The notes beneath the pieces were generated by a model. It did no database searches. It saw only the letters and a program-made list of their open reading frames with translations, and was not told where the DNA came from. From positions 51,989-71,988 of the IMG/VR virus record IMGVR_UViG_3300007609_001041: a DNA stretch of 20,000 nucleotides; one strand, 5' to 3'. Made by a program: the position numbers and the translations under genes. Source of the DNA: an uncultured virus (IMG/VR IMGVR_UViG_3300007609_001041) (Duplodnaviria; Heunggongvirae; Uroviricota; Caudoviricetes). Positions 16,372 through 20,000 of this stretch are shown here, piece after piece (positions within the stretch are counted from its first letter, which is position 1; every line of letters starts with the position of its first letter).

Positions 16372-17363
16372 TATATCTCCTTAGGATATTTTGCATTAAG
16401 TGCCTCAGCATAAGGCTGTATATTATCTGAAATTCTTTGCATGTCATGTTTAGCACAAAATTTCATTAGGCGCAATCCTACTTGTGATACTTCCTTAGGT
16501 TTTGCACGTTCTGCAATAGTGTTATTAATTATCTCTCTAATGTCATCAGGTTGTGCTGTAAGGTCACAAAGTGTTACATTGCGTGTGTAATCATCTAACA
16601 CACGATGTTCGACACCTTCGTGATCAATCCAACGCTGCAGCATCATGTTATTCCAGTTGTAACCTTTTGTGCCTTTGTCTTCAAACGCTTCGATAAGACC
16701 AACTTTATTCTTAGTACCTTTCTTGCGTACACCAGGATAAGCACTGAACACATTATCACTAGTGTCGCCACGCATACACTTTTCAAACAACATAAACGCA
16801 GGATCAGGTGCAGGCTTAGGTTCTTTAGTTTTCTTGTCAATTACTTCTGAACCGTCATCGTTAAAGTAACCTTCGTGTGTGATAGTTACATTACTAACAC
16901 CGTTGTATTGTTTTACATTAGGTGCTACTAGCTGTGCAAAGTCGCCGTCTGTTGAAATAATAACATGATTGTCATTAGGGTGCGACTGTACCCAGCCTGC
17001 AATCAAATCATCTGCTTCTAACTGTTTGTGCTGTAGTACAGTACAATTAGTTTTTTCACTTACAAAGTCTTTAAACTCATCAAATGTCTGCCAAAAGATT
17101 TCGTCTTCTTCTTGTTCGCGTTGTGTAAGTGCATCTCGTGCTACTTGTCGATTGCGTTTGTAGGGTTCGTAATAGTCTTTACGCCAACTACGACCTTCTA
17201 AACAAAACACAACATGAGTGCCATTAAAGTCTGTCCACGCTTTTTTAATACTGTTAAGAGTAATATGAAAAGCCATACCTACTTTAGTATCAATGTCGCC
17301 ACGCACAACATGTCGAGCTCTAAAAAAAGTGTTAGCTGTGTCTATTAAGATATAAGTATTCAT
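16371..17363 (-). CDS. rnh: T4-type RNase H / 5'-3' exonuclease (FEN family)
   Basis: LID, SWRKDYYEPYKRNR, LEADDLIA, IISTDGDFAQL, GDTSDNV...PGV acidic motifs of the 5' nuclease superfamily. Confidence 0.9.
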   Translation of the reverse strand: MNTYILIDTANTFFRARHVVRGDIDTKVGMAFHITLNSIKKAWTDFNGTHVVFCLEGRSWRKDYYEPYKRNRQVARDALTQREQEEDEIFWQTFDEFKDFVSEKTNCTVLQHKQLEADDLIAGWVQSHPNDNHVIISTDGDFAQLVAPNVKQYNGVSNVTITHEGYFNDDGSEVIDKKTKEPKPAPDPAFMLFEKCMRGDTSDNVFSAYPGVRKKGTKNKVGLIEAFEDKGTKGYNWNNMMLQRWIDHEGVEHRVLDDYTRNVTLCDLTAQPDDIREIINNTIAERAKPKEVSQVGLRLMKFCAKHDMQRISDNIQPYAEALNAKYPKEI

Positions 17364-17369
17364 TCGTCC

Positions 17370-17468
17370 TCACTGACATAAGTCTTCATACTTAATAGTA
17401 TATTGCCTATGTGTGCTTTTGTCAAATTTAAATAATGGAATGTAACCAAATAGTTTTTTAAATATCAT
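17370..17468 (-). CDS. Small hypothetical protein (32 aa), not in the ORF track
   Basis: MIFKKLFGYIPLFKFDKSTHRQYTIKYEDLCQ. ATGA overlap with the upstream gene, GAGG Shine-Dalgarno, fills the gap before rnh. Confidence 0.45.
   Translation of the reverse strand: MIFKKLFGYIPLFKFDKSTHRQYTIKYEDLCQ
17397..17425 (-). promoter_or_regulatory. Sigma70-type promoter for rnh
   Basis: TTGACA-17 nt-TATACT on the minus strand, about 34 nt upstream of the rnh ATG. Confidence 0.75.
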
Positions 17469-17854
17469 GATACCTCACTCTTGCCGTCGTCTAGTTTATC
17501 TGTTTTAATGTAACCTCGACCCCTGTCTGTGTCAAGACCGTCGTCCTCTAGCATCTGTCCAACAATTGTTTTAAACCAAGCATCTACAATTTGTTCTTGA
17601 CTCTCACCTTGATACCCTACATCCATAAGTTGTTCAATAAACTCATTATTCCAATCAAGTTCAAAGAAGCCGTTACGAATGTTTTCAGGATTAATCTGTG
17701 TGTCAAGTACAGCTACCCACGGTTCGCCTGCTTCAGTAGCCGCCGCCTTTTCTGCGTCTAGTGCTTCGCGACGTAGATCTTCTGAAGTCTTTACTTCTTC
17801 AGTAGTTTGTTCTTTCTCTTTCTTACCAATTAATCGTTTAAACCATTCACTCAT
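17465..17854 (-). CDS. Hypothetical phage protein
   Basis: 129 aa ORF with GGAGG Shine-Dalgarno. EPWV....NGFFELDWN..F motif. Confidence 0.8.
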   Translation of the reverse strand: MSEWFKRLIGKKEKEQTTEEVKTSEDLRREALDAEKAAATEAGEPWVAVLDTQINPENIRNGFFELDWNNEFIEQLMDVGYQGESQEQIVDAWFKTIVGQMLEDDGLDTDRGRGYIKTDKLDDGKSEVS

Positions 17855-17958
17855 AATCCTGCCTCCCTAGCTCGTTGTTCTAAATCTAAATCGGGTTTTT
17901 TAATCGGAGCCTTCATAGCACGTTTGTGTTGCTCATTTTTGTAGTATTCACTTGGCAT
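17851..17958 (-). CDS. Small hypothetical protein (35 aa)
   Basis: MPSEYYKNEQHKRAMKAPIKKPDLDLEQRAREAGL. This is the part of track ORF 17851..18384 that lies outside queE. ATGA overlap with the downstream gene. Confidence 0.45.
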   Translation of the reverse strand: MPSEYYKNEQHKRAMKAPIKKPDLDLEQRAREAGL

Positions 17959-17965
17959 ACCTCTA

Positions 17966-18859
17966 CTATGTTCCCCAGGCATTTCCGAATAAGCTGATGT
18001 GGAGTCTTGGCGTAAATCTCCAGCCCCGTTCCATACACGCTTCTGCAACGTCTTTAACATTGAGACTGTACTCTTCCGAACGTCCGCCAAGCGGCATAAG
18101 ATATACTGGACACTCAATGCCTCGATCACGGTATGCTTGAACAGCTCTAGTGACTTCATCAAAGTCGTCTTCACTAGCGACAACAAACTTGAGATACATG
18201 TCGCTACCGTTAACACTATCATACTGACTAGCAACATCAGGCAATATAGCAGTTTCCCAAGGTTCTCCGCTAACACTAAGTTTCGGGGAGCAACTCCAAG
18301 TAACTTCAAATCTGTCTTGAGTGTTGAGATACTCGTAGAAATCATCGTGTAACTTTTGTGTAGTGTTTGTTTCAAATGTAACATTTTTTAAATCCTTCAT
18401 ACGTGGATGCTCAAACAGTTCTACGTAAAGTCGTTGCCACGCTAACAACGGCTCACCACCTGTGAGGATAAGATGTACATCTTGTCCATTATCCATTGTC
18501 CACTTGCCCTCTGGAGTAAGACTCAGCAAATGTTCAACTACTTCGTCAACTTCTGCCTGACGATTAAAGTGTTTAAACTCAGGATAGATACTAGCATATG
18601 TGTCACAGCCTGTGTGGATAATAGGCAAGTCTTCAAACTTTTCTGTGGTCTTGTGTACATCTTTTGCAATTAAATCTGCAACTTCTGCGTTGTATCTTTG
18701 TCCTTCTGCGTGTAACTCTGTGCGATTCTTCTTAGTATCAACACCAAAGTTCATACAACGGAAGTTACAACCGAATGTGCGCAGGAATACACTAGGTACT
18801 CCTACGAACTTGCCTTCACCTTGCACTGAATAAAACGCTTCACTATAGCGTAGTTTCAT
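17966..18859 (-). CDS. queE: 7-carboxy-7-deazaguanine synthase QueE-family radical SAM protein
   Basis: SEAFYSVQGEG..VG.PSVFLRTFGCN, GCDT, LTGGEP, FETN, SPKL, LKFVV, RFTPRLH. ATG at 18859 follows GGAG. Confidence 0.88.
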   Translation of the reverse strand: MKLRYSEAFYSVQGEGKFVGVPSVFLRTFGCNFRCMNFGVDTKKNRTELHAEGQRYNAEVADLIAKDVHKTTEKFEDLPIIHTGCDTYASIYPEFKHFNRQAEVDEVVEHLLSLTPEGKWTMDNGQDVHLILTGGEPLLAWQRLYVELFEHPRMKDLKNVTFETNTTQKLHDDFYEYLNTQDRFEVTWSCSPKLSVSGEPWETAILPDVASQYDSVNGSDMYLKFVVASEDDFDEVTRAVQAYRDRGIECPVYLMPLGGRSEEYSLNVKDVAEACMERGWRFTPRLHISLFGNAWGT

Positions 18860-19049
18860 CAACAATCTCCCAATAGAACACTTCTTTACCTGTACGTTCT
18901 TCTACAGCAGGCAGTGCAATATACTTGTCGGTGACTTCTGTTCTGCCAACATACTGCCAAGTGTGTCCTGCGTTCTGACGCTCTTCTACCATTTCTAAAA
19001 ATTCAGCATTATCTGCGGCAAACAATGCAATAAATACCATCCAAATCAT
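18843..19049 (-). CDS. Small hypothetical protein with hydrophobic N-terminus
   Basis: 68 aa ORF starting MIWMVFIALFAA. TAATG coupling to the upstream small ORF. Confidence 0.65.
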   Translation of the reverse strand: MIWMVFIALFAADNAEFLEMVEERQNAGHTWQYVGRTEVTDKYIALPAVEERTGKEVFYWEIVDETTL

Positions 19050-19177
19050 TATCTTTGTCTCTTCCTTTCTGCTGTAGGTTTGTGTTCAGCTTCCGTAATA
19101 TGCGAAACTATCATGTTTGCTAACGGAGTCTGTTTATCTCTTTTTTTAGGTTTAAACATTTTAGTTAAAAACTTCAT
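19049..19177 (-). CDS. Small basic hypothetical protein (42 aa), not in the ORF track
   Basis: MKFLTKMFKPKKRDKQTPLANMIVSHITEAEHKPTAERKRQR. AAGAGG Shine-Dalgarno. Its stop overlaps the next ATG (TAATG). Confidence 0.55.
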   Translation of the reverse strand: MKFLTKMFKPKKRDKQTPLANMIVSHITEAEHKPTAERKRQR

Positions 19178-19190
19178 TCTGCAACCTCTT

Positions 19191-19628
19191 TTATCGGTTA
19201 AATCTTACTGTGTATTCACGATTGTTATCCCAAAAAGTAACAGTTGAATGACTGTAAACCCTAACCTGTTCTTCTTCATAGCGTGTTTCACGCTGACATT
19301 GTGTTCTAGTGCCACCTTGTGCGTCTGAGTTTTGGTTGCCAATAATGCCACCTAACACTCCGCCAATCTTTGCACCATCTTTGTGGTCAATTTGATGTCC
19401 TACTACGCCACCAATGATTGTACCAACAATAGTGTCAGCAGTTTTATCACCACTCACGGCAACATCCTTGCATACTTCGACAGTATACGGACGTTGTTTA
19501 ATCACAGTTTTGTAGTGGTCCTCTGTAACACCCATTACGTTATTAGAATCAGCAAATGCTACACTTGCTAAGAAACTTGTGCCTACAGCAATTGCCACTG
19601 TGTGGAAATATAATTCTTTAAACTTCAT
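19191..19628 (-). CDS. Glycine-zipper 2TM domain exported/membrane protein
   Basis: Signal-like N-terminus (..LASVAFA|D), GTIIGGVVGHQI...GAKIGGVLGGIIG glycine zipper flanked by two Cys. Confidence 0.8.
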   Translation of the reverse strand: MKFKELYFHTVAIAVGTSFLASVAFADSNNVMGVTEDHYKTVIKQRPYTVEVCKDVAVSGDKTADTIVGTIIGGVVGHQIDHKDGAKIGGVLGGIIGNQNSDAQGGTRTQCQRETRYEEEQVRVYSHSTVTFWDNNREYTVRFNR

Positions 19629-19999
19629 GCTTCTTCCTCAATATACCTTAAAAGTTCTTTGTCTTCAACATCACCAGGGATGTCGTTTTTATAAAAAATT
19701 CTATAACTGTCGGAACCATATTTGCCAATGCCGCATAAATCGTTGGCATCCTTTTTGTCCCAGTTAATATATTGTAAACTCATTTTCCAAATACGTCTAG
19801 CCCTAACATTCTGCATGCCCAATGGCTTCAGCACTTCGGCAATCTCATCAACCGTTGCATACAGCAAATAGCCTGCTGTAGGCCACCGTTCAAAAAACTC
19901 TGTGAGCACAGGCTTGGTCTGACGCCTATCAACTTGGTTAAGGCAGATCACACCTACCATGTGTTGCCACTCGCATTCAACCTGTTGTTGCACCATCAA
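19625..19999 (-). CDS. MBD4-like HhH-GPD DNA glycosylase (5' end may lie just outside the window)
   Basis: W..MV..ICLNQ, LKPLG...RA..I, HhH motif LCGIGKYGSDSYRIF, acidic VEDKEL at the catalytic Asp position. Confidence 0.8.
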   Translation of the reverse strand: MMVQQQVECEWQHMVGVICLNQVDRRQTKPVLTEFFERWPTAGYLLYATVDEIAEVLKPLGMQNVRARRIWKMSLQYINWDKKDANDLCGIGKYGSDSYRIFYKNDIPGDVEDKELLRYIEEEA

Positions 20000-20000
20000 A

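Noticed and set aside
17959..18384. Upstream part of the 177-aa same-strand ORF overlapping queE
   Set aside because: Lies in an alternative frame within a well-supported gene and has no recognisable motif. Only the last 35 codons, outside queE, were kept.
1828..19767. Numerous short antisense or alternative-frame ORFs in the track (e.g. 1828..2016, 3258..3572, 6594..6848, 8132..8518, 10790..11068, 12963..13289, 17999..18352)
   Set aside because: They are shadows of longer motif-bearing genes and have no recognisable protein features.
1..20000. Stop-codon reassignment, CRISPR arrays, tRNAs, introns/inteins, transposases, diversity-generating retroelement
   Set aside because: Genes are full length in the standard code with TAA, TGA and TAG all used as stops. 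No spaced direct repeats, cloverleafs or splicing motifs were seen. The Mtd-N-like domain has no accompanying reverse transcriptase or template repeat here.

Overview
AT-rich, densely packed, mostly minus-strand window that reads as part of a large T4-like (myovirus-type) phage genome. This assignment is inferred from gene content: T4-type RNase H/5'-3' exonuclease, a MoxR-like AAA+ ATPase with a peptidase-VWA partner, a fibre-like virion protein, QueE, ATAAATA late-promoter-like motifs and many small hypothetical genes. The left ~9.8 kb is an accessory metabolic island built around a divergent promoter region. Leftwards is a complete four-gene PotD/A/B/C-family ABC importer coupled to a cobalamin-dependent radical SAM enzyme. 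Rightwards are a PP-loop ATP pyrophosphatase-like protein, a GNAT acetyltransferase, a second paralogous B12 radical SAM enzyme and a 2OG-Fe(II) oxygenase. These are followed by an AspH-like hydroxylase, a minimal SDR and a pyruvoyl-dependent SpeD-family decarboxylase. This 'amine import + decarboxylation + tailoring' cluster is the best candidate for an undescribed system. The right half holds phage-type genes, QueE with a 49-residue insertion in its Fe-S motif, an MBD4-like DNA glycosylase, and three small ORFs not called as separate genes in the supplied track. No tRNA, rRNA, CRISPR array or mobile element was recognised. All functional calls come from motif recognition by eye, not from database searches.
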